Source: an uncultured Planctomycetales bacterium (GTDB lineage: Bacteria; Omnitrophota; Gorgyraeia; Gygaellales; Profunditerraquicolaceae). From it: 64,000 nucleotides of DNA. This document shows positions 1-10,910 of this stretch, in pieces (within the stretch, counting starts at the first letter, position 1; each line of letters begins with the position of its first letter). A program made the position numbers and the translations under genes. Under the pieces are notes generated by a model, which saw only the letters and a program-made list of their open reading frames with translations, was not told where the DNA came from and ran no database searches. The DNA lies in NCBI GenBank assembly GCA_964427405.1, contig CAYRUB010000002.1, positions 68,741 through 132,740 on the forward strand. Reading direction: 5' to 3'.

Positions 1-933
1 TATCTGATCATTTTTATCGCTTTTTCTATCGGCAGGTTTTTTGTTCCGGCTAAACTCTCCATTATACCGGATTTAGTGGATAAGAAAGACCTGCTTATTG
101 CCAATTCTCTGGTTAACACAACCGGAATGATCGCAGCAACCCTGGGATTTGGAATAAGCGGAGTGCTTGTAGAGTGGCTGGGTGCTAAAAGCGGTTTTTA
201 TCTTAACTCCTTAACCTTTTTAATCTCGGGAACATTTATCTTTTTGATCTCCAGGAAATTTGTGGTAAAGATGGATTTTAAGAAGATCGGCCAGGAGATT
301 ATAGATGTAATTAGAAAATCAGTATTTCAGGAGATCAAGGAGGGGGTGTCTTATTTTATCCGGAAAAAAGACATCCGTTTTACCGCCGGAATTATCTTTG
401 CGCTTTGGTCGGCATTAGGCGCGGTTTATGTGGTAATCATCGTTTTTGTGCAAAATACCCTGCATTCGACAACTAAAGACCTGGGGCTTTTGGTGATGTT
501 TTTGGGTATCGGTTTATTTCTGGGGTCTCTGGTTTATGGCAGGTTCGGCCAGCGCATTGCGCATTATAAGGTCATTTTTGCTTCTCTGGTCTTAAGCGGA
601 ATAATGCTGGACATTTTTGCCCTGGGAATATATAATTATCCCAATTTTGCCATGGCTGCGTTGCTAGCTTTGTGTTTGGGCTTGATTATTGCTCCGATTA
701 TGATTGCCTCCAATACTATTATCCATAGTGTCAGTGATAACGATATGCTAGGCAAGGTTTTTAGTTCCTTTGAGATAGTCATGCATCTGGGTTTTCTTTT
801 ATTCATGTTTATCAGCAGCATGCTGGCAGAAAGATTCTCTCATTTGTTGATTTTGATTATCGTAGGTGGATTGTTGAGCCTGCTAGGATTAGTAAATTTA
901 TTCTTTAACCGAAAGGCAGCATGGTTAAATTAG
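1..933 (+). CDS. MFS-type transporter, C-terminal part (5' end lies upstream of the window)
   Basis: Frame 1 is open from base 1 (YLIIFIAFSIGRFFVPAKLSIIPDLVDKKDLLIANSL precedes the tracked ORF at 76). The product is a series of hydrophobic helices typical of the second half of MFS permeases. Confidence 0.6.
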   Translation, partial: YLIIFIAFSIGRFFVPAKLSIIPDLVDKKDLLIANSLVNTTGMIAATLGFGISGVLVEWLGAKSGFYLNSLTFLISGTFIFLISRKFVVKMDFKKIGQEIIDVIRKSVFQEIKEGVSYFIRKKDIRFTAGIIFALWSALGAVYVVIIVFVQNTLHSTTKDLGLLVMFLGIGLFLGSLVYGRFGQRIAHYKVIFASLVLSGIMLDIFALGIYNYPNFAMAALLALCLGLIIAPIMIASNTIIHSVSDNDMLGKVFSSFEIVMHLGFLLFMFISSMLAERFSHLLILIIVGGLLSLLGLVNLFFNRKAAWLN

Positions 934-2189
934 CGGAAAATAAACACTATTCGCAAAATAAGGCGATTGAAAAATTGCCGCTTCCTTCTAAAGTCTATCT
1001 GCCTTTAATCCAGCATTTGGGTAAGATCTGTAACCCCGAGGTAAAAGTTGGCGATACGGTCAGACTTGGCCAGAGGATTGCCACTATACAGGCCAATCTC
1101 TACGCGCCTATTCATGCTTCAATATCTGGTGTGGTTGTCGCGATACAAGATTGGCCGCATCCTGTTTTGGGCAGGGCCAAGGCCATTGTTTTAGAAGGTA
1201 GCGGCCAGGATGATGGCACAGCTTTTAGTTTAAAAAGCCGGCAGGAGATAGATAGGCTTAGTCCCACGGATATCAGGAAGATTGTTTTAGATGCCGGTAT
1301 AGTAGGTATGGGCGGGGCAAGTTTTCCTACCCATATAAAACTTAATCCTCCTAAGCCGCTGAATACGCTGATTATTAACGGCGCAGAGTGTGAGCCGTAT
1401 TTGACTGCGGATGGCCGGCTAATGGTTGAGAAAACAGCCGAAATTGCAGAGGGTATTAAATTAATTGCCGCTTGCTTAGGGATAAAAGAGATTTATATCG
1501 GGATAGAGGATAATAAACCCGAAGCGATAAAGGTATTTTCCGGTTTTCCCGGGATTAAAGTTAAGGTTTTAAAGTCAGATTATCCGCAAGGCGGAGAAAA
1601 ACAATTAATTCAGAATATTCTAGGCAAGCAGATTCCCCGCGGCAAACTGCCCTTTGATATCGGTGTGCTGGTGCAGAATGTAGCTACTGTATATGCGGTT
1701 TACGAGGCGGTGTTTAAAGGTAAGCCTTTAATTGAAAGGCTGGTTACAGTTACCGGCAACTGTCTGGAAAACCCCAAAAATCTACTCGTGCGTTTAGGCA
1801 CTCCGATAAAGAATTTGATTGATTTTTGCGGGCCGCTTAAGGAAGAGCCGGCGAAGATTATTATTGGCGGCCCGATGATGGGTATTGCCCAGTATACAGA
1901 TGAAGTTCCAATAATAAAATCAAGCGGCGGCCTCTTGCTTATGAATGCGCAAGAAGCCAAAACCATAGAGGAAGGGCCTTGTATACGCTGTGCTGCCTGT
2001 GTACGCGGTTGTCCTGTGGGGCTTATGCCTTGTCAGATTAACCTGGCTTCAGAGAGATCTCTTTGGTCATTAACCAAAGAGTATGGAGCTGGCGATTGTA
2101 TTGAATGCGGCATATGTAATTATGTCTGTCCGGCAAATCGCAGGTTGTTGCAGACGATTAAAAGGGCAAAGTTAGAGGGAATAAAATAA
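921..2189 (+). CDS. rnfC: Rnf electron-transport complex subunit C
   Basis: 422 aa with two C-terminal 4Fe-4S motifs, CIRCAACVRGCP and CIECGICNYVCP. GGASFPTH and INGAECEPYLTAD resemble RnfC/NqrF-like NADH-binding cores. First gene of a contiguous rnf cluster. Confidence 0.9.
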   Translation: MVKLAENKHYSQNKAIEKLPLPSKVYLPLIQHLGKICNPEVKVGDTVRLGQRIATIQANLYAPIHASISGVVVAIQDWPHPVLGRAKAIVLEGSGQDDGTAFSLKSRQEIDRLSPTDIRKIVLDAGIVGMGGASFPTHIKLNPPKPLNTLIINGAECEPYLTADGRLMVEKTAEIAEGIKLIAACLGIKEIYIGIEDNKPEAIKVFSGFPGIKVKVLKSDYPQGGEKQLIQNILGKQIPRGKLPFDIGVLVQNVATVYAVYEAVFKGKPLIERLVTVTGNCLENPKNLLVRLGTPIKNLIDFCGPLKEEPAKIIIGGPMMGIAQYTDEVPIIKSSGGLLLMNAQEAKTIEEGPCIRCAACVRGCPVGLMPCQINLASERSLWSLTKEYGAGDCIECGICNYVCPANRRLLQTIKRAKLEGIK

Positions 2190-2190
2190 C

Positions 2191-2715
2191 ATGAAAGAAA
2201 TGGCCCGTTACGGTTTTATCTTAACGTTGATTTGTGTAGTTGCCGCGGGGTTATTAGCCGGGGTTAATTCACTTACCCGTTCTAAAATTATAGCCCAAGC
2301 TTTAGCAGAAGAGCAGGCAGCGCTTAAAGAGGTTATGCCTGGCGCCGTGAAATTTACCGAGGTAAAATCAGGACAGGAAATATTATATTACAGGGCGCTG
2401 GATAGCCAGAATAGCTTAATAGGTTTTGTTTTTAAAGCCAGTGGTAAAGGTTATTCCAGCGTAATTGAAACTTTAGCCGGTATCTTTCTTGATGGAAAAA
2501 TAAGCGCCATAAAGGTCATTTCTTTAAATGAAACCCCAGGTTTAGGTATGCGTGTTACGGAAGATAGCTTTACCAGCCAGTTTAATAGCCAGGATGCGTT
2601 GAATCTATCGGGAGTGCAGGCAATTGCCGGGGCAACTATTTCTAGCCGGGCGGTAATGGATTCAGTGGTTAAAAAGGCGCAAGAGTTACAAGAATTAATA
2701 AAAAATGAAAAATAA
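2191..2715 (+). CDS. rnfG: Rnf complex subunit G (FMN-binding)
   Basis: 174 aa with an N-terminal TM helix, an ETPGLG segment and the covalent-FMN motif AGATISSRAV of RnfG/NqrC. Confidence 0.85.
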   Translation: MKEMARYGFILTLICVVAAGLLAGVNSLTRSKIIAQALAEEQAALKEVMPGAVKFTEVKSGQEILYYRALDSQNSLIGFVFKASGKGYSSVIETLAGIFLDGKISAIKVISLNETPGLGMRVTEDSFTSQFNSQDALNLSGVQAIAGATISSRAVMDSVVKKAQELQELIKNEK

Positions 2716-3646
2716 TCTTATAGTTTCCGGTTCTCCGCATATCCATAAGCAGGAATCTGTTTCCCGGATCATGTGGACAGTTGTGCTTAGTATTATACCC
2801 GCTGGGGTTGCCGGGGTAATCATATTCGGCTTAGATGCGCTTTGGGTTACTTTAGTTGCGGTTACCGCTGCGGTTTTAACTGAAACAATTTTTGAAGTTT
2901 GGACTAAAAAGAAGATTACGGTTATGGATGGCTCAGCGGTAATTACCGGGATATTACTGGCCTATAATTTGCCGTCTAATGTGCCTTTGTGGTTGCCGAT
3001 AGTTGGCGCGGTATTCTCTATTGCCATCGGCAAGCAGGTTTTCGGCGGCCTGGGGCAGAATATTTTTAACCCCGCGCTCGTAGGCAGGGTATTTCTTATG
3101 GCTTCCTGGCCGAAATATATGACTACCTTTGTTAAGCCATTTAGTTATGATGCAATAACTTCCGCAACCCCTTTGGCTGTGCTTAAAGAAGGAAAGATCC
3201 TGGAGCATATTTCTTATCTGGATTTATTCTTAGGCAAACGCGGAGGTTGTATCGGTGAAGTTTGTATATTAGCATTATTAATCGGAGCGGCGATTTTGTT
3301 GTACAAGGGGTATATTTCCTGGCATATTCCCGCAACCTATATTCTTACCACAGCTATCTTTACCTATATATTCGGGGCTAAACAGTTATTCCATGGAGAC
3401 TGGTTATTTCATATATTAAGCGGAGGTTTGATCCTGGGGGCATTTTTTATGGCTACTGATTATGTGGCTACGCCCTTAACTTCCAAAGGACAAATTATCT
3501 TTGGCGTAGGCTGCGGCCTGCTTACGGCAATTATCCGGCTTTGGGGTGGATACCCGGAAGGGGCATCATATGCCATCTTAATGATGAATGCGGCAACCCC
3601 GTTTATCGACCGTTATACAAAAAACAGGATTTACGGCTCAAAATGA
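2705..3646 (+). CDS. rnfD: Rnf complex subunit D
   Basis: 313-aa polytopic protein with an N-terminal SGSPHIH motif and a TSATPL flavinylation-type motif of RnfD/NqrB. Overlaps the rnfG end. Confidence 0.9.
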   Translation: MKNNLIVSGSPHIHKQESVSRIMWTVVLSIIPAGVAGVIIFGLDALWVTLVAVTAAVLTETIFEVWTKKKITVMDGSAVITGILLAYNLPSNVPLWLPIVGAVFSIAIGKQVFGGLGQNIFNPALVGRVFLMASWPKYMTTFVKPFSYDAITSATPLAVLKEGKILEHISYLDLFLGKRGGCIGEVCILALLIGAAILLYKGYISWHIPATYILTTAIFTYIFGAKQLFHGDWLFHILSGGLILGAFFMATDYVATPLTSKGQIIFGVGCGLLTAIIRLWGGYPEGASYAILMMNAATPFIDRYTKNRIYGSK

Positions 3647-4236
3647 AGAACTTAATTAAAGAATTTACTAAAGGGATAATTAAAGATAATCCCACTTTTG
3701 TCCTTGTTCTGGGTTTGTGCCCAACGCTGGCAGTTTCCGTATCGGTAGCTAATGGTATTGGTATGGGGATCGCCGCTACTTTTGTGCTCTTGGGTTCAAG
3801 TATAATGATCTCATTAGTCAGGGATTTTATTCCGGATAAGATTCGTATACCTTGCTATATCGTAATTATCGCTACATTTGTTACGATTATTGAATTGTGT
3901 ATGAAAGCCTACAGTCCGGTATTGGATCGTGCTTTAGGTATTTACGTTCCGCTGATTGTTGTTAACTGCATGGTTTTGGGCCGCGCAGAGGCATTTGCCT
4001 GCAAGAATAATTTAAGCCGTTCATTTTTTGATGGCTTGGGCATGGGTGTGGGTTTTACCCTGGCGCTTATTCTCATCTCAGCTATAAGGGAGTTTTTAGG
4101 CTCAGGCCAGATATTGGGCCACACCTTGATTAAAGGGTTTGAGCCGATATTTGTTTTTGGCATGCCTTCAGGGGCCTTGCTGGTGATAGGGTTATTATTA
4201 GGTTTTTTTAATTTATTAAAGAATAGAAAAACATGA
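3643..4236 (+). CDS. rnfE: Rnf complex subunit E
   Basis: Start moved from 3541 to in-frame ATG 3643 (MKNLIKEF..., ATGA overlap with the rnfD stop). LVLGLCPTLAVS and VPLIVVNCMVLGRAEAF are RnfE/NqrD signatures. Confidence 0.85.
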   Translation: MKNLIKEFTKGIIKDNPTFVLVLGLCPTLAVSVSVANGIGMGIAATFVLLGSSIMISLVRDFIPDKIRIPCYIVIIATFVTIIELCMKAYSPVLDRALGIYVPLIVVNCMVLGRAEAFACKNNLSRSFFDGLGMGVGFTLALILISAIREFLGSGQILGHTLIKGFEPIFVFGMPSGALLVIGLLLGFFNLLKNRKT

Positions 4237-4841
4237 GCCTGCAAGAATTATTAACCATATTTATTTCCGCGGTATTTATTTATAACGTAATTCTTTCGCG
4301 TTTCCTGGGTCTTTGTTCTTTTATTGCTATTTCCAAAGAGACAAAGCCGGCGCTGGCGATGAGTTCTGCGGTTATGTTTGTTATTGTTATGTCTTCGGCG
4401 ATCACCTGGTTTGTCTATCGTTTTCTGCTTTTACCGTTTGGGTTGACTTATCTGCGCACAATTTCCTTTATTTTAGTTATTGCCACATTTGTACAGTTTG
4501 TAGAAATGGTTATAAAGAAGGTGAGTCCGCAGTTGTATAGAGCATTTGGAATTTATCTGCCATTAATTACCGTAAACTGCGCGGTGTTAGGGGTGGCTGT
4601 ACTAAATATCGATATGTTTTTTGTAAACGGCAAGCAGGTTGCCGGTAGCTTCTACTATTCTGTCTTTCAGGGTTTATGTGTAGGTTTAGGTTATACCTTG
4701 GCCATGCTTTTGATGTCCGGGATAAGAGAGAGGCTTGAGCTTTGTAATATTCCTAAAGCCTTGAAGGATTTTCCGCTGGCGTTTATTATCGCTGCTGTTT
4801 TAAGTTTAAGTTTTATGGGTTTTAGCGGGTTTAAATTCTAA
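4233..4841 (+). CDS. rnfA: Rnf complex subunit A
   Basis: 202-aa polytopic protein. GIYLPLITVNCAVLGVA is the RnfA/NqrE signature. ATGA overlap with rnfE. Confidence 0.9.
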   Translation: MSLQELLTIFISAVFIYNVILSRFLGLCSFIAISKETKPALAMSSAVMFVIVMSSAITWFVYRFLLLPFGLTYLRTISFILVIATFVQFVEMVIKKVSPQLYRAFGIYLPLITVNCAVLGVAVLNIDMFFVNGKQVAGSFYYSVFQGLCVGLGYTLAMLLMSGIRERLELCNIPKALKDFPLAFIIAAVLSLSFMGFSGFKF

Positions 4842-5629
4842 TGGAAATATTGATTGCCATACTAGTCTTAGGTTTCTTAGGGTTACTGTTTGGGGTAGGT
4901 TTAGCTATCGCCTCCAAAAAGTTAGCTGTTCAGATTAATCCTAAATTAGAAGAGCTGCAGCATCTTCTTCCTGGCTCAAACTGCGGGGCATGCGGAAATC
5001 CCGGATGTTTTGGTTTTGCGGAGAGCCTGCTTAATGGTAAGAGCGCTGCAGATGGCTGCCGGGTTTGTAGCGATGAAGTTAAAGAGGAAATTGCCCGCCT
5101 GATGGGACTTACGCTTGAGAAGCAGACTAAAAAGATCGCCACCCTGCATTGTAACGGGGGCTTAAAGGTAAAAGATAAATATTTATATAACGGGGTTAAT
5201 GATTGCGTTGCGGCGAATCTGGTTTTAGGAGGGCAGAAGGCTTGCGTCTTTGCCTGCCTTGGTTTTAGTACTTGCCAGAAGGCCTGTCCGTTTGGAGCGA
5301 TTAGCATGTCTGCCGAGGGTTTGCCGATAGTAGATAAAATTAAATGCCGCGCTTGTAATAAATGCGTATTGGCCTGTCCCAAGAAACTATTCTCGCTTGT
5401 ATCCGTATCCAATAGCGTGTATGTAGCATGCAGCTCACATGATTCAGGCAGGGATGTAAAAGCCGTCTGTCCTGTAGGTTGTATTGCCTGTAAGTTATGC
5501 GAGAAGGCGTGTAAATTCGACGCGATTCATGTAATAGATAACCTGGCGGTAATTGATTATCATAAGTGTACTTCTTGTAAAGAGTGTGTTAAGGTTTGCC
5601 CTGCCAAGACCATAAGGATAAGAGAATGA
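4841..5629 (+). CDS. rnfB: Rnf complex subunit B (polyferredoxin)
   Basis: 262 aa with an N-terminal TM helix, an SNCGACGNPGC cluster motif, and several CxxCxxCxxxCP ferredoxin motifs. Confidence 0.9.
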   Translation: MEILIAILVLGFLGLLFGVGLAIASKKLAVQINPKLEELQHLLPGSNCGACGNPGCFGFAESLLNGKSAADGCRVCSDEVKEEIARLMGLTLEKQTKKIATLHCNGGLKVKDKYLYNGVNDCVAANLVLGGQKACVFACLGFSTCQKACPFGAISMSAEGLPIVDKIKCRACNKCVLACPKKLFSLVSVSNSVYVACSSHDSGRDVKAVCPVGCIACKLCEKACKFDAIHVIDNLAVIDYHKCTSCKECVKVCPAKTIRIRE

Positions 5630-6198
5630 ATTTAGCCGTATTTGCTTCGGGTAACGGAAGTAATTTTTCGGCGATTGTTAAAGCGATAAAGCAACGCAAG
5701 ATTAAGATGAAGTCGGTAATTTTGGTTTGCGATAAGCCAGGGGCTTTTGTGATTAAGCGCGCGCAAAAGGCAGGAGTGCAGGTTATTTTAGTCAGCCGTG
5801 TTGACTTTTCCAGCCGCAAAGATTTTGAAACAGCGATAATTCAGAGACTAAAAAATTATAAAATAGATTTAATTGCGTTAGCCGGATTTATGCGTATGCT
5901 CAGCCCGGCTCTTGTTAAGCAATACCGTAACCGCATTTTAAATATCCACCCTTCATTGCTTCCTGAGTTTAAGGGCGGCCATGCCATAAAAGACGCCTTT
6001 GAAGATAAAGTTCCTTTTACCGGAGTAACAGTGCATTTTGTTGATGAAAAGATGGACCACGGACCGGTTATTTTGCAGGAACAAATAAAAATCAGAAATA
6101 GGGATACATTGGCCTCGCTTGAGAAGAGAATTCATAGCTTGGAACACAAGCTTTATCCTCAGGCAATCAAATTATTTTGTAGCGGTAAGATAAATTAA
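5626..6198 (+). CDS. purN: Phosphoribosylglycinamide formyltransferase
   Basis: Start taken at ATG 5626 (MNLAVFASGNGSNFSAI, ATGA overlap with the rnfB stop). NIHPSLLP and TGVTVHFVDEKMDHGPVI are PurN motifs. The tracked start at 5596 lies inside rnfB. Confidence 0.9.
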   Translation: MNLAVFASGNGSNFSAIVKAIKQRKIKMKSVILVCDKPGAFVIKRAQKAGVQVILVSRVDFSSRKDFETAIIQRLKNYKIDLIALAGFMRMLSPALVKQYRNRILNIHPSLLPEFKGGHAIKDAFEDKVPFTGVTVHFVDEKMDHGPVILQEQIKIRNRDTLASLEKRIHSLEHKLYPQAIKLFCSGKIN

Positions 6199-6216
6199 AG
6201 AGGCAGGAAGGTATTG

Positions 6217-7104
6217 CTATTCTTTAGATCCGGCAAAGACAGCAGTTTGATTAAGGATGGTCTTTGTTCCGGTTACCAGGTTAGTCATCTCTACAATAGT
6301 AAAATCTTTAAAAGCGTAAGTATTTAAAGTAAGAGAGACTATCTTTAAGATTTCCCTGTCGATATCCGCATTCTTTTCCACCTCTGGTTTTTGGAACTTC
6401 ATTCTTATGCGGCCTTGGATCTGATCAGTGAGAAACTCCTCTAAGGTTATATCCTGATAAACTAAATGCCTGCCTTCTTTATCTCCGATAATCTGTGCGG
6501 AAACCTCCGTATTCTGGACAATACGGTGCTGATATTCGGACTGGGAGATAAAACCATAAGACAGTTTCTTTAAGTCCAGGCAATAAAAAATTTGTTTTAG
6601 TTCAAAACCGTTTGCGATATCTGAAGTAACAATACAGAAAAACAGGGGGTTATTCTTAGGCTGCTTGTTATCCATACTAAAAAGCACTCTGCGGATAACC
6701 TGCAATACGTTAAAGATTTTTGTATTTACGGATTTATCTAATGACATATCCTGCTGTTTTTCTGTTTCCGGGACAGGTTTAACAAGATAATTAATTCTTA
6801 AGATTCTTTCATCCAAGTGACTCTTTCTGTTTTCAACCAGGAATCTTTCGATGTATTTTTCCGGTTTGGGAGATTTGGTAATTATGTTCTCAAGCGGCAT
6901 ATATACCCAAAAAGTGCGCCCCTCAAGATTGGTTATAATATCAAGCTGGTATTCCTTTTTACATATATCTTTTACTGCTTTGGAGATATCATTTTTTAAA
7001 AATGACGGAGTGGTAGAGGAGGTGCAGGCGGATAAAAATAAAATAAGAGGGATCAGTTTAAGGGCGGCTCTTGCCAAACTCTTTGAAGATAGCTTCGATT
7101 TCAT
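6217..7104 (-). CDS. Hypothetical lipoprotein
   Basis: Signal peptide with lipobox (MKSKLSSKSLARAALKLIPLILFLSAC). No recognisable catalytic motif. Start chosen at the Met preceding the signal peptide. It overlaps the ftsH-like 3' end by 47 nt. Confidence 0.5.
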   Translation of the reverse strand: MKSKLSSKSLARAALKLIPLILFLSACTSSTTPSFLKNDISKAVKDICKKEYQLDIITNLEGRTFWVYMPLENIITKSPKPEKYIERFLVENRKSHLDERILRINYLVKPVPETEKQQDMSLDKSVNTKIFNVLQVIRRVLFSMDNKQPKNNPLFFCIVTSDIANGFELKQIFYCLDLKKLSYGFISQSEYQHRIVQNTEVSAQIIGDKEGRHLVYQDITLEEFLTDQIQGRIRMKFQKPEVEKNADIDREILKIVSLTLNTYAFKDFTIVEMTNLVTGTKTILNQTAVFAGSKE

Positions 7105-8707
7105 CGTAATTGAGTTCACTTTTTGCCACAAGCTCTTTGGCCAACCGGTCCATAAGGGGTTCTTCTTTTTTGAGTAATGCGGTTACTTCGATAAGGCAGG
7201 TATTTAATATGTCCTGGACGTCGGCATCAAGCTTGCCCTTAACATCTTCGGAGATCTTATCAACAATCTCCCAGTTGCCTAAAAATCCGCTTTTACCCAT
7301 GCCGCAGACCCAGACCATATTGTGGGCATGATGCATGGCACTGGAAAAATCTCCATATACGCCGGAGGTTGTCGCATTGTACTTGATTTTTTCTGCAGCG
7401 TACGAACCTAAACTAATCTTTATTTTGCTGAGTAGCTCATTAGAATCTTCAATAAAAGTATCTTCTCTTTCCGGAATCCAGGTTGCTCCACCAGTGGGGC
7501 CGCGCGGGGTGATCGTTATTTTAAAAACATCCTTAGAGGGGGCAAGCAGGTAAGTGGTAATGGCATGTCCGCTTTCATGGTAGGCGGTCTGCCATTTTTC
7601 TTTTTCACTTAATTTAATTCTGCGTTTTATACCTAAGGCGATTCTTTCCCGCGCTTCATCAATTTCTTTCATGGAAACTGATGAGTTTTGATTGCGTACG
7701 GTAATTAGGGCTGCCTCTCGTACTATATTGGCAATATCCGCCGGGCTTTGACCTACGGTAATGCGTGCGAGCCGGTCGATCTTTACATCTTGCGCATCAT
7801 ATTTTACACTTTTTAGGTAATAGGCAAAGAGCTTACCGCGATCCTCCAGATTGGGTTTATCTACGATGATCTTGCGGTCAAACCTTCCCGGTCTAAGCAG
7901 GGCCTGATCAAGGTAAGTTTCAGGCGCATTGGTTGCGCCGATTAAAATAATATTATAATCTTTATCTTTTAGGCCATCCAGTTCAACCAGCAACTGATTC
8001 AGGGTAGTATTATGCTCAGTAGTCCCGCCGAAACCGCGATCCATGGAACGTTGCGCGCCTATGGCATCAATTTCATCAATAAAAATGATGCAGCCGCCTT
8101 CAAGTTCCGCCAGTTGTTGTGCCCTTTTAAATAAAGAACGTACCCTTCCGGCTCCTACGCCGACAAACATCTCTACAAATTCCGAACCCGACATGGAGAT
8201 AAAAGGAAGCTTGGTTTCTGTAGCGATTGCTTTAGCCAGGTAAGTCTTACCGCATCCCGGGGGGCCGAGCATAAGGATGCCTTTTAAAATTTTTCCTCCT
8301 ATACGCTGAAGGCTCACACGGTCGGTGATCAATTTAACTACTTCCAGGGCTTCTTGTTTGGCTTCATCCATCCCGATCACATCATCCCAGGTAACACCTA
8401 CATCTCCCCCGGAAATAGATTTCTTGCTGGTTTGAGAAAATGATGAGGCCCCGCGTTTAAAATAGAGCCAATACATCAGGTATGTGTATACAAAGCCGAA
8501 GATAAGGGCCATAATAATCTGTAGGTATAGCTGCAGGGGAATCATGGCTAGCTGGGATTGTCTTAAATAAGATTCAGATTCATTCCAGGCACGCAGGCCG
8601 GTAATAACGAGGAATCCTAGAGATATGGCCAGTGCAGCTAAAAAAGTAAAAAGGAGGACTTTTAACCAGTGTAGCTTTGCATAGAACCTGATTTTTTTCC
8701 AATTCAT
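7058..8707 (-). CDS. ftsH: FtsH-like AAA+ zinc metalloprotease with a short periplasmic loop
   Basis: Walker A GPPGCGKT, Walker B IIFIDEIDA, an SRH region, and zinc site HESGHA. Two N-terminal TM helices are separated by only ~20 aa. Start at the second Met (8707) has the SD GGGAGA upstream. Confidence 0.85.
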   Translation of the reverse strand: MNWKKIRFYAKLHWLKVLLFTFLAALAISLGFLVITGLRAWNESESYLRQSQLAMIPLQLYLQIIMALIFGFVYTYLMYWLYFKRGASSFSQTSKKSISGGDVGVTWDDVIGMDEAKQEALEVVKLITDRVSLQRIGGKILKGILMLGPPGCGKTYLAKAIATETKLPFISMSGSEFVEMFVGVGAGRVRSLFKRAQQLAELEGGCIIFIDEIDAIGAQRSMDRGFGGTTEHNTTLNQLLVELDGLKDKDYNIILIGATNAPETYLDQALLRPGRFDRKIIVDKPNLEDRGKLFAYYLKSVKYDAQDVKIDRLARITVGQSPADIANIVREAALITVRNQNSSVSMKEIDEARERIALGIKRRIKLSEKEKWQTAYHESGHAITTYLLAPSKDVFKITITPRGPTGGATWIPEREDTFIEDSNELLSKIKISLGSYAAEKIKYNATTSGVYGDFSSAMHHAHNMVWVCGMGKSGFLGNWEIVDKISEDVKGKLDADVQDILNTCLIEVTALLKKEEPLMDRLAKELVAKSELNYDEIEAIFKEFGKSRP

Positions 8708-8797
8708 AATTTCTCCCGTCTGCCGCTGACTAAGCATGTGAAATACAACATATAAAAAATAACATATCTGTTATCTTAAGTCAAACCTTTTCTTCCC

Positions 8798-8825
8798 TTG
8801 ACTTGATAATTTTTGCGTGTATAAT
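8798..8825 (+). promoter_or_regulatory. Sigma70-type promoter for eno
   Basis: TTGACT (8798-8803), 16-nt spacer, TATAAT (8820-8825), ~40 nt upstream of the eno ATG. The SD AAGGGAGA follows. Confidence 0.55.
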
Positions 8826-8830
8826 TATGA

Positions 8831-10132
<1,302 letters not shown>

Positions 10133-10414
10133 ATGCTCTCTACGTTAAGAAAGGCCTTTTGGCTTTTTGGTTTTACGGTTTTGCTTTTAATCTTATTCCT
10201 GCCGGGTTATATAAAATTGCAGGGATTAAGAGCGAAGAACCGTCAGTTAGAGGATAGTTTTCGTAAGATGGCCGTTGAAAATTATCTTTTGCAACAAGAG
10301 CTTAAGCGGGTTGATAATGACCCGGTTTATCAGGAGAAGATGGCTCGGGATAAGATGGGGGTAGTGAGAAAAGGCGAGATCCCGATTAAGATTTTCTCGG
10401 ATAAGAAGAGATAG
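10133..10414 (+). CDS. ftsB: Septum formation initiator (FtsB/DivIC family)
   Basis: 93 aa with one TM helix followed by a coiled coil, plus the conserved eno-ftsB synteny. Confidence 0.7.
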   Translation: MLSTLRKAFWLFGFTVLLLILFLPGYIKLQGLRAKNRQLEDSFRKMAVENYLLQQELKRVDNDPVYQEKMARDKMGVVRKGEIPIKIFSDKKR

Positions 10415-10445
10415 CTGGTTTTAATATCATAGGTAGGTAATCAAT

Positions 10446-10551
10446 ATCCCCGCAGTTAATCGCTTCGCAAATTCTTCACAGAATTTGTTCGCAACTGCAG
10501 GGATTAATTCGCACATTGACTTATGTTTACTCCGTTCCATAAGCCAAGTGC
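10446..10551. repeat. Intergenic hairpin cluster (member of the dispersed hairpin family)
   Basis: Outer imperfect stem TCCCCGCAGTT (10447-57) / AACTGCAGGGA (10493-503), enclosing CAAATTC-ttcaca-GAATTTG. A second hairpin is GCAC-a-TTGACTTATG (10511-25) / CATAAGCCAA-GTGC (10538-51). Both mismatches become G-U pairs on the minus strand, where the loop reads GAACGGAGTAAA. Confidence 0.6.
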
Positions 10552-10561
10552 TCATTAATTT

Positions 10562-10635
10562 CGCGGGGTGGAGCAGCCTGGTAGCTCGCAAGGCTCATAA
10601 CCTTGAGGTCATGCGTTCAAATCGCATCCCCGCAA
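10562..10635 (+). tRNA. Initiator tRNA-Met (CAT)
   Basis: Hand-folded cloverleaf that is near-identical in its 5' half to E. coli tRNA-fMet (CGCGGGGTGGAGCAGCCTGGTAGCTCG). It has the C1xA72 mismatch, anticodon loop CTCATAA and T-loop TTCAAAT. No encoded CCA. Confidence 0.9.
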
Positions 10636-10679
10636 TTGAACATACACCTGTACCGTTAGATGCACATATTGTGTAAAAT

Positions 10680-10702
10680 CCCGTGAGCGTAAGCGAAACG
10701 GG
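10680..10702 (+). repeat. Small hairpin of the GAGC-loop family
   Basis: CCCGT-gagcgtaagcgaa-ACGGG. The 13-nt loop closely resembles the loop at 35891-35903 (gagcgacagtgaa). Confidence 0.45.
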
Positions 10703-10715
10703 GTCAATACAAACA

Positions 10716-10759
10716 AGGCTAGGATGAGCAGTTATGCAAATCCTGGCTTTTTTGTTTTT
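10716..10759 (+). terminator. Rho-independent terminator after tRNA-fMet
   Basis: Stem AGGCTAGGAT / ATCCTGGCTT (two G-U pairs), loop gagcagttatgcaa, followed by TTTTTTGTTTTT. Confidence 0.55.
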
Positions 10760-10910
10760 CTATCCCAGTCAGCTCCATTCTGCCCCCTGTTATGGTTACG
10801 GGTTTTTTCTCCCCATTAAATTGCTTACCATTCTGAAATGGAAGTGATATAATTAGGAAACAGTTTGGTAAAATCGTTAATTTTTGATATAAGAAATAGA
10901 TGAATAAAAA

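Noticed and set aside
3541-3642. N-terminal extensions of tracked ORFs: rnfE from 3541, purN from 5596, hisG from 25276, tkt-N from 27294, DUF192 from 45704, dnaB from 35955, mod from 59511
   Set aside because: In each case the extension overlaps the upstream gene, a tRNA, a promoter or a hairpin. A downstream in-frame ATG also reproduces the canonical family N-terminus, often with an ATGA or TAATG coupling junction or a better SD.
10485-10676. 63-aa plus-strand ORF
   Set aside because: It spans the hairpin cluster and the whole initiator tRNA gene, so it is a reading-frame artefact.
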